NCBI GenBank assembly: GCA_025453525.1
Contig: JALOQD010000001.1
Span: 1-48,005 of the forward strand
Origin: Myxococcota bacterium
Lineage (GTDB): Bacteria > Myxococcota_A > Polyangia > JAAYKL01
DNA: 48,005 nucleotides
Direction of reading: 5' to 3'
This document shows, one piece after another, positions 24,891-33,226 of this stretch (positions are counted from its first letter, which is position 1; each line of letters starts with the position of its first letter). The notes beneath the pieces were generated by a model. That model saw nothing but the letters and a program-made list of their open reading frames with translations, was not told the origin of the DNA and searched no databases. The translations under genes and the position numbers were made by a program.

Positions 24891-27866
24891 CTAGAACCAA
24901 AGCGGCTTTTTCCAGGCCGCTTCGAGCTCGAAAATGTCCGCGTCTACCACGGCCTCCCCGGACTGACCCGAGAGGACCAGCCGCTTGTCCTCGCTGACGA
25001 AGCCCACCTGGCGCGCCATTTCGCCGAGCACGATCTCGAAGGCCCGCGCCGCGCTTTGAGGCACGGTGACCACGAACCGCCCAGGTGTCTCGGAAAAGAG
25101 CAGGGCGTCATCCCGCAGCTCGGTGCTCGAAGGGACCTCGCGCAGATCCACGACGAGGCCAAGCCCCCCAGCGAACGCACACTCGGCCAGGGCCACGCCT
25201 AGCCCTCCGTCCGATAGGTCGTGGCAAGACGAAACGAGCCGCGCCTTCATGGCCCGGTGGAGCAGACGATAGGTTTGCTTGGTCGCGGCCGGCTCGCGAA
25301 GCTTGGGCACAGCTCCTCCGCTCAACCCAAGGTGCGCGTAGTACTCGGACCCGCCGAGATCCGGATAGGTCACTCCGACGACGTACACCGCATCGCCTGC
25401 CCGTTTCGCATCCATCGTCACGGCGAGTTGAGCGTCGTCGAGGATGCCAATGGCCGTGACGAGCAGGGTCGGCGGAATGGAAATGCGCGTGTCGCCGATG
25501 GCATAGTCGTTCTTCATGCTGTCCTTGCCGGACACCAGCGGCACGCCGTAGGCCACGCACACCTCATAGAGCGCCTTGTTGGCTCGGACGAGTTGGGCGA
25601 GCTTATAGTCGCCGTCCGGGTTGGCCTTGCTCTTGACCGGATCGCACCAGCAGAAGTTGTCGAGGGCCGCGATCTTGTCCGGATCCGCGCCCACGGCCAC
25701 GACGTTGCGCACGGCCTCGTCCACGGCACAGGCGGCCATGTGATACGCGTCGATGTCCGAGTAGCGCGGACACAGGCCATGACCCACGGCCACGCCGCGC
25801 ATGGACTCGAGGACCGGCCGCACCACCGCGGCGTCCGACGGGCCGCTGTTCGAGACGCCGCACAAGGGCTTGATCACCGAGCCCCCTTGCACCTCATGAT
25901 CGTACTGGCGCACCCAGTATTCCTTGGAGCAGACATTGAGGCGGCCGAGCAGGGACGAAAGCACCGAGGTCAAGTCTCCGTGCGCCTCATAGGACGGATC
26001 GCTCTCGTCCACCACCTTGTGCCGGGCCTCGAGCTTCATCTGTGGCACACCACCGTGAAGGAATGGCAGGTCGAACAAACCGACGAGCTCGTCTCCGTAG
26101 CGGATTTCGAGCTCACCGCTGTTGTTGAAGTGCCCGAGTACCGTTGCCTCGACGTCCATCTCCCTGGCCATGTCGAGGAAGCGGCCGATAGAGGTCTCTG
26201 GCACTGCCGCGGTCATCCTCTCCTGGGCCTCGGACAGATAGATCTCCCAGGGCGCGAGGCCAGCGTACTTGAGGGGCGCTTTCTGGAGGTCTATTCTCGC
26301 TCCTCCCGGGCCCTCGGCCATCTCGCCCACCGAGGACGACAGTCCCCCGGCGCCGTTGTCGGTCATGGAGCTCATGAGTCCTTCATCCCTGGCGCGCAGC
26401 AGGAAGTCGACAGCCCGCTTCTGGGTGATGGGATCGCCGATCTGCACCGCTGTCGCTGGCGAGCCCTCGTGAAGCTCCTCTGAGGAAAAGGTAGCGCCGT
26501 GGATGCCATCCTTGCCAATACGACCACCCACCATGACGATGAGATCGCCAGCCTCTGCCTGCTTGGCGTGCGACGGCTTGCCCGCCACCTCCTTGGGCAT
26601 GATGCCTCCGGTGCCACAAAAGACGAGCGGCTTGCCCAGGAAGCGCTCGTCGAACACCAGGGATCCGTTGACCGTGGGGATGCCGCTCTTGTTGCCTCCG
26701 TGCTCCACTCCCTCACGAACGCCTTCGAGGATGCGGCGCGGGTGAAGCAGCCTCGGCGGCAGATCGCCCTCGTGCTTGGGCGAGGCAAGGCAAAAGACAT
26801 CTGTATTGCAGAACAGCCGCGCCCCCTGTCCTGTGGCCACTGAGTCGCGGTTCACTCCCACGATGCCCGTGAGCGCGCCGCCGTAGGGATCGAGCGCTGA
26901 CGGAGAGTTGTGCGTCTCTACTTTGAAAACCAAGTTCCACTCGTCGTCGAGCTTCCATACCCCGGCGTTGTCCACGAAAACCGAGAGACAGAAATCCTGC
27001 TGGCCCAGAGCCGCACGCACTTTCGAAGTCGCGCCCCTGACGTAAGTCTTGAAGACCGAATCGATGTCTTCGCGCTCCCTACCCGGCTCATAGTACCGAA
27101 TGAACGCGTTGAAGATTTTATGCTTGCAGTGCTCGCTCCATGTTTGGGCATAGACCTCGATCTCGAGGTCCGTGGGCTCGGCAGGCAGACCTGCCTTGGC
27201 CCTGCGCGCCACCACGGTCGGCGTGGCAAAATGGTCACGGATCGCTTGCATCTCCTCTAAGGACAGGGCCCAGGTCCTCTCCTTAGACAAAACGAGAAGC
27301 GCATCGTCCGAGAGATCGAGGCTCACGGTCTCCACCGCCGGCACCTCGTGCTGCGCCACGGTGGGCACCTGCGCGACAAACCCCCCGTCGGATTCGAAGG
27401 TCTGGCGGTCGAGCACCCGGAACTGCTGAATCAGAGGGTTGCACAGAAGACCGATGGCAATGGCCTCTACCTCGGACCTCACCAGCTCGCCAGACAAGAG
27501 GTACTGCCTCGAGGTGTGGATTCGTGCGCCGGTAGGCCACCTATCGCTGAGCAGCAAACGCGCCGACTCGGTCGAAGTGCGACCCACGTTGTCGGTCACG
27601 CCAGGCCGAAAACCCACTTCGACGAGCCAGTCAAAGCCTCGAGCCAGGGGCCGTTCCACAGACCATTCGCACACCACCGGATCGGCGATGGCCGCGGCAA
27701 GAGTCGTCAAATCGTCAACATCGAGCGCCGCATCGACCGTGAAGACGTCGACACAACGAACCTTGAGTACCTCATAACCCAAATCCTGGTGGATGCGCTG
27801 GGCTGTCCGCGCTCCCAGAGCGTCGCGTTGGCCGCGCTTGAGCGCAACTTCGATGCGGCAAGGCAT
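24891..27866 (-). CDS. purL: Phosphoribosylformylglycinamidine synthase subunit PurL with a fused N-terminal PurS-like domain
   Basis: ATG 27866 has SD GAAGGAG 8 nt upstream; the track ORF start at 28067 lacks one. The N-terminus CRIEVALKRGQRDALGARTAQRIHQDLGYEVLKVRCVDVFTVD is PurS-like. AIR-synthase-type repeats follow (VETHNSPSALDPYGGA, DNGAGGLSS, HDLSDGGL). Confidence 0.9.
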   Translation of the reverse strand: MPCRIEVALKRGQRDALGARTAQRIHQDLGYEVLKVRCVDVFTVDAALDVDDLTTLAAAIADPVVCEWSVERPLARGFDWLVEVGFRPGVTDNVGRTSTESARLLLSDRWPTGARIHTSRQYLLSGELVRSEVEAIAIGLLCNPLIQQFRVLDRQTFESDGGFVAQVPTVAQHEVPAVETVSLDLSDDALLVLSKERTWALSLEEMQAIRDHFATPTVVARRAKAGLPAEPTDLEIEVYAQTWSEHCKHKIFNAFIRYYEPGREREDIDSVFKTYVRGATSKVRAALGQQDFCLSVFVDNAGVWKLDDEWNLVFKVETHNSPSALDPYGGALTGIVGVNRDSVATGQGARLFCNTDVFCLASPKHEGDLPPRLLHPRRILEGVREGVEHGGNKSGIPTVNGSLVFDERFLGKPLVFCGTGGIMPKEVAGKPSHAKQAEAGDLIVMVGGRIGKDGIHGATFSSEELHEGSPATAVQIGDPITQKRAVDFLLRARDEGLMSSMTDNGAGGLSSSVGEMAEGPGGARIDLQKAPLKYAGLAPWEIYLSEAQERMTAAVPETSIGRFLDMAREMDVEATVLGHFNNSGELEIRYGDELVGLFDLPFLHGGVPQMKLEARHKVVDESDPSYEAHGDLTSVLSSLLGRLNVCSKEYWVRQYDHEVQGGSVIKPLCGVSNSGPSDAAVVRPVLESMRGVAVGHGLCPRYSDIDAYHMAACAVDEAVRNVVAVGADPDKIAALDNFCWCDPVKSKANPDGDYKLAQLVRANKALYEVCVAYGVPLVSGKDSMKNDYAIGDTRISIPPTLLVTAIGILDDAQLAVTMDAKRAGDAVYVVGVTYPDLGGSEYYAHLGLSGGAVPKLREPAATKQTYRLLHRAMKARLVSSCHDLSDGGLGVALAECAFAGGLGLVVDLREVPSSTELRDDALLFSETPGRFVVTVPQSAARAFEIVLGEMARQVGFVSEDKRLVLSGQSGEAVVDADIFELEAAWKKPLWF

Positions 27867-28110
27867 ACGAATTCTCCTTCGTGTCGGCAGAGGGTGACCC
27901 CCTGCCGGGCATGGACATACCACAACCCGGGGGGGTGTAAAACCCGCTGAGGCACACGTCCGAACCGGCCAGTGCAAACAGCGGCTTAGAAACGGCCTTG
28001 AGAACCAGGTGTCGAAGGGAAAAACAGCCTGTGTGCCTAAAGGTGAATCCGAACGAGCGGTGCACACGGATGGTGCGCGCCCACATCCCGTGGACCGCGC
28101 ACCGCAGACC

Positions 28111-28132
28111 TCTTTGGCTTCGCAGCCAAAGA
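28111..28132 (-). terminator. Stem-loop about 70 nt downstream of the PC4-like gene (possible terminator, no U-tract)
   Basis: tctttggct-tcgc-agccaaaga forms a 9-bp perfect stem with a tetraloop. It is not followed by a T-run on either strand, so its function is uncertain. Confidence 0.3.
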
Positions 28133-28202
28133 ACCTCTCCCCAAAGCAGGCTCCTCAAGACAGAGGCGCCCAAAGGGCTGGCTCAAGCCGACCCAGTGAG
28201 AA

Positions 28203-28442
28203 TCACACCTCGGGCTCGGCGCTTGCGAGCTCGGATTCGAGCTTGCCAACCGCTTCCTTGAGCTCGGGCATGAAATCCGTGGAAAGGGAAATGCCTTTGC
28301 GCGTCGGCTTCCACTCTCCCTGGTCGTCCATGTAATAGATGCGCAAGTCGATGTACCTGCGGCCCTTGAATTCTTTGATGCCAGCGCGCACTTCCTCGGT
28401 GGGGTTACGCTTGAAGGTGGCGACGACTTTGTCCTCTGCCAT
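28203..28442 (-). CDS. PC4/p15-like (YdbC-like) single-stranded DNA-binding protein
   Basis: 79 aa. The stretch FKGRRYIDLRIYYMDDQGEWKPTRKGISLS matches the PC4-fold signature (...idiR.w......PtkKGisl). SD GGAGGA lies upstream of the ATG. Confidence 0.7.
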   Translation of the reverse strand: MAEDKVVATFKRNPTEEVRAGIKEFKGRRYIDLRIYYMDDQGEWKPTRKGISLSTDFMPELKEAVGKLESELASAEPEV

Positions 28443-28563
28443 GGGTGTCCTCCGGAAATTTTTAGCACGAAAATTGAACTAGAATTAACATAAACGTCTT
28501 CATTATCAAAAAGAAAATTACCTAAAGGTAGAAAAAAAACGCCAGGACTGCCAAGATGAGCAC
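28443..28563. promoter_or_regulatory. AT-rich divergent promoter region (PC4-like gene / patatin gene)
   Basis: 121 bp reading ...gaaatttttagcacgaaaattgaactagaattaacataaacgtcttcattatcaaaaagaaaattacctaaaggtagaaaaaaaacg... This is the most AT-rich stretch of the window. No boxes were assigned. Confidence 0.35.
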
Positions 28564-30075
28564 ATGGTCTTGGAAACATCTTGTCTGTGGAACGACACCT
28601 GCCCGCGCATCGCCTACCTCATCACCACTGAGGCAGCGCAGGCGCGGTCCCAAGAGCTCGCCTACTTGTGCGAGGGACGCACTCCTGCTCCGGGCGAGGA
28701 GTGGTCGGCGGAACTGCCTGGCGGACAGATCGTCCAACTCGAGCTCTTTACCGAGCACGAGGCGATGGTCGAACGCCTGGAAAAAAGGCGCGTGGACGCG
28801 GTGCTCCTGGACAATCGCACCGTAGAGCCCATTTCCGCCTTTTCCGACACCCTGGCAGGCCGGGCCTTGCCCGAACTCCTCGCCATGTCGGCCCTGGGTC
28901 GCAAGCTAGCGCGACGCTCGGTGTTCGTCATCCTCCCAGAGGCGGCGACCACGCCGCACCACGCCTATGCGGTCGGATCCCTGCAGCTCGGCGGAATCCT
29001 TTTGGCTCCCATGCCGCTCGAACGAGCCCTGGCAGCCGTCGTCCGCACGGTCCGTCCCAAAGATCCGGGCAAGGTGGCGTTGTGCTGTGCTGGCGGCGGG
29101 ATCGAGGGCATGCTGTACGAGCTGGGCGTCGGATTGGCCCTTGACGAGCGCTTGGTGAACCGCTCCATCACCGATTTCGATATTTTCTCTGGAATCTCGG
29201 CCGGGGCGATCTTCTGCGCTTTCCTCGCCAATGGGATCCGACCATCGGAAATGGTCGAGATAGTCCATGGCAGAACGAGCCGCCTCGAGCCTCTGTCGCG
29301 CGCCGTGCTCTTCGACCCCAACGTCACCGAGCTTCTTTCCCGGGGCTGGGCCGCAGCCGGGGATCTCTTGAAAGGCAAATTCCTTTCTCAACCCATCGAA
29401 GCGGCCATGAAGATCCTCCCCAATGGAGCGTTCGCCGGCGACAAACTTCGCTGGTATCTCGAGCGCCAGCTGACCAAGCCCGGACTGACCAACGACTTCG
29501 ATCAACTCAAAAAAGAACTCTACATCGGCACCACGGATCAAGACACCGGCGAGCACATCACCTTTGGCGAAGAGGGCCTGCGCGACGTGCCTATCTCCCA
29601 TGCGGTTCGCGCTTCGGCAGCGATGACCCCCTACTACCCGCCAGAACAGCTTAAAGGGCGCTACTACATCGACGGTATCTTCACGCGCACCATCAACTTA
29701 GACGTGGCCGTCGCCTCTGGGGCACGGCTCATCATCTGCATCGACCCCCTGCGGCCCGTGCAGGTGGATGAGGCCGGATACGTCAGCGATCGCGGCGGCT
29801 TCTTCAACTCCGTGCAGTCGGTCAAGTCGATGATCCGCACGCGCTTTTCAGAGCTTCGCAGTCGAGCCGAGGAGGCCTATCCCGACGTCACAGTGTTCGA
29901 ATTCAGCCCCTCTGCCAAGGACATGGAACACATGTCTGGCACCATGATGCGCTTCTTCTATAGCCCCCAGACGATTGATCTCGCCTACCGCTCGGCCAGT
30001 GAGATCATCGACCGGGACTATGAGTACCTTTCGAGCGCCCTGCGCAGCCACGGATTCGAGCTGCGCCGACCGTAA
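28564..30075 (+). CDS. Patatin-like phospholipase with an N-terminal degenerate receiver-like domain of about 170 aa
   Basis: Patatin motifs are CCAGGGIEG (oxyanion G-G-G-x-x-G), GISAGA (GxSxG Ser) and YIDGIF (catalytic Asp). The N-terminal alternating beta/alpha pattern (RIAYLITTE, VDAVLLDNR, VFVILPEA, GGILLAP) resembles CheY-like REC but lacks the usual DD pair and Lys. Confidence 0.8.
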   Translation: MVLETSCLWNDTCPRIAYLITTEAAQARSQELAYLCEGRTPAPGEEWSAELPGGQIVQLELFTEHEAMVERLEKRRVDAVLLDNRTVEPISAFSDTLAGRALPELLAMSALGRKLARRSVFVILPEAATTPHHAYAVGSLQLGGILLAPMPLERALAAVVRTVRPKDPGKVALCCAGGGIEGMLYELGVGLALDERLVNRSITDFDIFSGISAGAIFCAFLANGIRPSEMVEIVHGRTSRLEPLSRAVLFDPNVTELLSRGWAAAGDLLKGKFLSQPIEAAMKILPNGAFAGDKLRWYLERQLTKPGLTNDFDQLKKELYIGTTDQDTGEHITFGEEGLRDVPISHAVRASAAMTPYYPPEQLKGRYYIDGIFTRTINLDVAVASGARLIICIDPLRPVQVDEAGYVSDRGGFFNSVQSVKSMIRTRFSELRSRAEEAYPDVTVFEFSPSAKDMEHMSGTMMRFFYSPQTIDLAYRSASEIIDRDYEYLSSALRSHGFELRRP

Positions 30076-30082
30076 AAAAGGT

Positions 30083-30625
30083 TCAGCTCCCTAGAATACT
30101 CAGGATGCGGCGGCGAATCTCCTTGCCGTCCGTGGTGGCGATGAAATCGATGGCGCCCGCGGTCTGAGCGCCGCTGGCATGCTCCTGCGTGTCCGCGATC
30201 ACCGCCACTGGCGAGCCCTCGGAGGCCGACAGGCGAGCAACGATGTGCATGGCGTCTGGGACAGCGTCGGCGTTGACGAGCACGATGTTCGGCTTCTTGT
30301 GGCCGATGTGCAGCAGCGCGTCGATATTGTCGGTGAAACCATCGACCTCGAAGTCGCGGCCGAGAACGCGCTTGAGCGACTTGAGGGAGGCATCGCCTGA
30401 GTCGAGAATGACGACGCTCTTGCGCAGCGGAACAAACCCTTCTGGGACCGGATAGCCGTATTTGCCAAGGAACTCGATGACGTCTTGGCGCCGGAACCGC
30501 AAGTGGCGCCCGGGGGTACGGAACGACTTAATCTCGCCCCGGTTCACCCAGTTGTGGATGGTTTTCAGATCCGTGCAGCAGATTTTTGCGACTTGTGGGG
30601 CAGTGAAGAGATCGTCCGCATTCAT
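30083..30625 (-). CDS. Excisionase/MerR-type HTH DNA-binding domain fused to a receiver-like domain
   Basis: The N-terminus FTAPQVAKICCTDLKTIHNWVNRGEIKSFRTPGRHLRFRRQDVIEF is an HTH_17-like pattern. The C-terminal REC-like strands are VVILDSGD, IVLVNADA, VAVIADT and IDFIATT. SD GGAGAT lies before the ATG. Confidence 0.7.
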   Translation of the reverse strand: MNADDLFTAPQVAKICCTDLKTIHNWVNRGEIKSFRTPGRHLRFRRQDVIEFLGKYGYPVPEGFVPLRKSVVILDSGDASLKSLKRVLGRDFEVDGFTDNIDALLHIGHKKPNIVLVNADAVPDAMHIVARLSASEGSPVAVIADTQEHASGAQTAGAIDFIATTDGKEIRRRILSILGS

Positions 30626-30886
30626 TTTGCATCTCCAACAGGTTGAGGTTTCGCTCGAGCCAACACCGAACCATGCAACCAGCTTCCATCATCTCTTCCA
30701 CATGCTCCCTTTGCTGTTCGGCTCGGGGAGGCATTCGAGGGAAGCGTGCAATCGAAGAGTTTTGTACGTAGAGCCCTGGTTCGCGTCAAGAAGCGTTTTC
30801 ACGGGAAAGCTAAAAAAACACGATTTCCAGACAGACTGCTCAGAAACCCTCCGAGGCGCTTCCATGGTCGATCGTGCGATAGCTTG

Positions 30887-30971
30887 TACCGGGAACGGGA
30901 ATCGAACCCGTACGGACGTTGAGCCCGAGGGATTTTAAGTCCCTTGCGTCTACCTATTCCGCCATCCCGGC
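30887..30971 (-). tRNA. tRNA-Leu (anticodon UAA), long variable arm, CCA not encoded
   Basis: The reverse complement folds as follows:
- acceptor GCCGGGA/TCCCGGT plus discriminator A
- D stem GCG/CGC
- anticodon stem AGGGA/TCCCT with loop CU-UAA-AA
- variable arm of about 17 nt
- T arm ACGGG-TTCGATT-CCCGT
The 3' end is followed by CAA. Confidence 0.9.
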
Positions 30972-31021
30972 ATGAGGTCGCCCGCTAGGGCCAAGGCGGC
31001 CTAACAAGAAGCCTAAATATC

Positions 31022-31417
31022 TCAGGCCACCGCGACCCTTTGCGGTCCCGGCGTCTCTGAATAAGTCCCGTCAATGATGTGGTTTCGCTCGTTCACAAGC
31101 ACGACGGTCGGCTCGTAGTTTCGCAGCTCCGCCTCGTCGAAATCTCCGAACGTGGCGATGATAACGAGATCGCCGGGACGATTCTGGTGCGCTGCCGCGC
31201 CGTTGATGCACACCACTCCTGATCCGCTCGGTCCCTCGAGGGCATAGGTCTCGATACGGGTGCCGCGAGTGACGTTCCAGATGTGTACCTTTTCGTGGGG
31301 CAAGATATTCGCGGCCTCGAGGAGGTCCACGTCGATGGTCACACTGCCCTCGTAGTCAAGGTCCGCGTGCGTGACCGTTGCCCGGTGAATCTTTGACTTG
31401 AACATTGAGCGCCGCAT
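31022..31417 (-). CDS. panD: Aspartate 1-decarboxylase proenzyme
   Basis: ATG 31417 has SD AAGGAGG. The sequence is [29 protein letters not shown] (self-processing G-S site) ... CINGAAAH. Confidence 0.9.
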   Translation of the reverse strand: MRRSMFKSKIHRATVTHADLDYEGSVTIDVDLLEAANILPHEKVHIWNVTRGTRIETYALEGPSGSGVVCINGAAAHQNRPGDLVIIATFGDFDEAELRNYEPTVVLVNERNHIIDGTYSETPGPQRVAVA

Positions 31418-31556
31418 GTATCCCTCCTTACTGCTTCGCGTGCCGTTCCCGCCTGTTCGAAATACAGCCGCCCGCAGCAATCCCCCAGAAGTCACGCGCT
31501 CTGTATATAGATTTGAAAAGCGGTTGGCAAGTACCAGAAGCGCGCCCCCATCAAGC

Positions 31557-32105
31557 TCACAGACCGATTTCGGAGCGGATCTCGTTCATCGCCCCAAGGC
31601 AGAGGCCGAGGAAGTCGTCGAGGCAAAGGCCGAGCTCTTCCTGGCAGGCGACCATGCGCTCCCTGGATACCGCTGCGGCGAAGCGCTTGTCCTTCATGCG
31701 CTTCTTGATACTCGGAACCTCGAGATCGATCGTGGAACGGCTCGTGCGCACCAGCGCTGCGGCGGTGATGAAACCCGTGGTGGGATCGACGACCCACAAG
31801 GCCTTGGCCATCAACGTAATCCTCTGCGCCTTGCCGTTGTGTCCGAGCACCGCCTGCACAACATCGTGCGCAACACCTCGGTTTTGAAGGACTTGCGCGG
31901 CGACGAGAGCATGGCGCTCTGGATCGTTCTGCGTTTCATCGAGGTCCAGGTCGTGCACGAGCCCGGCGAGCCCAAAGGGCTCGGGATCCTCGCCAAAACG
32001 AAAGGCCAGCGCCCGCATGCAGGCCTCGCATGCCAAACAGTGGTTCAAGGTCGGGCCCTCTCCGAGGCGACTTCGCACGAGCTCGAACGCTTCTTGCCTG
32101 TTCAT
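31557..32105 (-). CDS. HD-domain metal-dependent phosphohydrolase (small HDIG-type)
   Basis: 182 aa with H...HD signature ([11 protein letters not shown] ... GLVHDLD). The ATG overlaps the upstream stop (ATGA at 32102-32105). Confidence 0.7.
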   Translation of the reverse strand: MNRQEAFELVRSRLGEGPTLNHCLACEACMRALAFRFGEDPEPFGLAGLVHDLDLDETQNDPERHALVAAQVLQNRGVAHDVVQAVLGHNGKAQRITLMAKALWVVDPTTGFITAAALVRTSRSTIDLEVPSIKKRMKDKRFAAAVSRERMVACQEELGLCLDDFLGLCLGAMNEIRSEIGL

Positions 32106-33025
32106 TTGTGTGGATCCTCCGAAAGCGCGGCCTCCAGCCAGGCCGGATGCGCGTCGATGGCCTCGAGGTAGTGCTCGGCCTGTGCTTGCAAGCCGAGGTT
32201 GCCGGCTTCAACCTCCTCACAGAGCCTCTGCATGAGCGCTCCCAACCACCGACCGGGTCGGTGGGGATATCGCGCGAGAATCGCGTTGCCCAGGCCCTTG
32301 GGCAGTGCTGCCGGTTTGCTGTCTTCTGCCTGGATTTGAGCAACGCGGCTGGCCAGAGAATCGATGAGCGCAAGGCCGCGCCTCACCTTCTCCTCATACT
32401 TGCTGGTCATATCGGCGCGAGCGAGGTCGAGCAGATCCTCGAGGCTGTCGCCCGCTTCTCTGGCAAATCGCCGCACCGCAGAATCGGTCCAGTCGTGCTG
32501 GTAGGCCGAAGCCCGCAGGTGCTCGGCGATCAGAAAGCGCACCAAAGCGGCCTGCTCGCTCGGAAACGCCAACCGTCGGGCGATTTTTCGGAACATTCGG
32601 GCCCCAGCCTCTGGATGGCCGATGAACGTCACCTGTCCGTCGGACTCGAACCTGCGGGTCGGCACTTTGCCGATGTCGTGCAACAGCGCGGCCCAGCGCA
32701 GGACGAGCCGGCATCGGGACTGGCGCACGACTTTCTTGGTGTGCTCCCACACGTCCTTATGACGGATCCCTTCGCCAAAGCCGACCAGAGCCGCCACCTC
32801 GGGCAGGATCTCCGGCAATAAACCGCTGCGGCGCAGAGCTTCGAGACCCCGGTCTGGCCGCGGCGCCATGAGGAGCTCGTCGAGTTCTCGCTTCAGGGCA
32901 GGCCCACTGCGCTGCCCTGGCGCCAGGACGGGGTGTTCTCGTCCGGTCGCTGCCTCGATGGCCGCGGCGAGCTCTTCGCAGGCCCCTTGCGGCGCTAGAA
33001 AAATGTATGGCTCTTGTTCGGGCAT
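32102..33025 (-). CDS. HD-domain protein resembling the body/tail of class II CCA-adding enzymes or poly(A) polymerases, but lacking the nucleotidyltransferase head
   Basis: 307 aa with GLLPEILPEVAALVGF..., KDVWEHT, AALLHDIGK and GHPEAGA. No GG-x-VRD / D-x-D head motif is present. Only 56 nt separate its ATG from tRNA-Val. Confidence 0.65.
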   Translation of the reverse strand: MPEQEPYIFLAPQGACEELAAAIEAATGREHPVLAPGQRSGPALKRELDELLMAPRPDRGLEALRRSGLLPEILPEVAALVGFGEGIRHKDVWEHTKKVVRQSRCRLVLRWAALLHDIGKVPTRRFESDGQVTFIGHPEAGARMFRKIARRLAFPSEQAALVRFLIAEHLRASAYQHDWTDSAVRRFAREAGDSLEDLLDLARADMTSKYEEKVRRGLALIDSLASRVAQIQAEDSKPAALPKGLGNAILARYPHRPGRWLGALMQRLCEEVEAGNLGLQAQAEHYLEAIDAHPAWLEAALSEDPHK

Positions 33026-33081
33026 TTCGAAATCGACGGCAAAAAAAAGCCCTCGTGGCCGAGGGCTAGTCTAGAATTTTG

Positions 33082-33154
33082 TGGGCGCTCCCAGATTTGA
33101 ACTGGGGACTTCCGCCGTGTGAAGACGGCACTCTAACCGCTGAGTCAAGCGCCC
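33082..33154 (-). tRNA. tRNA-Val (anticodon CAC), CCA not encoded
   Basis: The reverse complement folds as follows:
- acceptor GGGCGCT/AGCGCCC plus discriminator A
- D arm ACTC-AGCGGTTA-GAGT
- anticodon stem CCGTC/GGCGG with loop UU-CAC-AC
- T arm CCCAG-TTCAAAT-CTGGG
Total length is 73 nt. Confidence 0.9.
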
Positions 33155-33226
33155 TTTTGCTCGGCGGATAGTAGCGAGGTTGGAGGGGAAGTCAACTGGG
33201 AAAAAGGCAAAGGAGAAGGGACTTCC

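Noticed and set aside
27867-28067. N-terminal ORF extensions suggested by the track for purL (to 28067), the Cys-rich lipoprotein (to 14757), ExbD copy 1 (to 42470), hflX (to 37297), panD (to 31495), the cytochrome (to 38683) and NamZ (to 45497).
   Set aside because: In each case (hflX excepted) an internal ATG or GTG preceded by a strong Shine-Dalgarno sequence begins the recognisable protein or signal peptide. For hflX the choice rests instead on a TTGA start/stop overlap with nagZ. The extension overlaps a neighbouring gene or has non-protein-like composition.
27867-28202. Possible purine/ZTP-type riboswitch in the 335-nt region upstream of purL.
   Set aside because: I could not recognise the conserved cores of the purine or ZTP (pfl) motifs by eye. 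Only a generic hairpin at 28111-28132 is evident, closer to the PC4-like gene's 3' end. A covariance-model scan would be needed to settle it.
28564-30075. Patatin phospholipase as a CBASS (CapV-like) effector.
   Set aside because: No CD-NTase/cyclase, E1/E2/JAB or other signalling genes are adjacent. The N-terminal domain looks receiver-like rather than like a cyclic-nucleotide sensor.
33082-33154. Possible tRNA with anticodon UCA (opal suppressor or selenocysteine) if the anticodon loop is read one base off.
   Set aside because: The register that gives a 5-bp anticodon stem with U33 and A37 yields CAC (Val). The acceptor stem is 7 bp and the variable loop is short, unlike tRNA-Sec.
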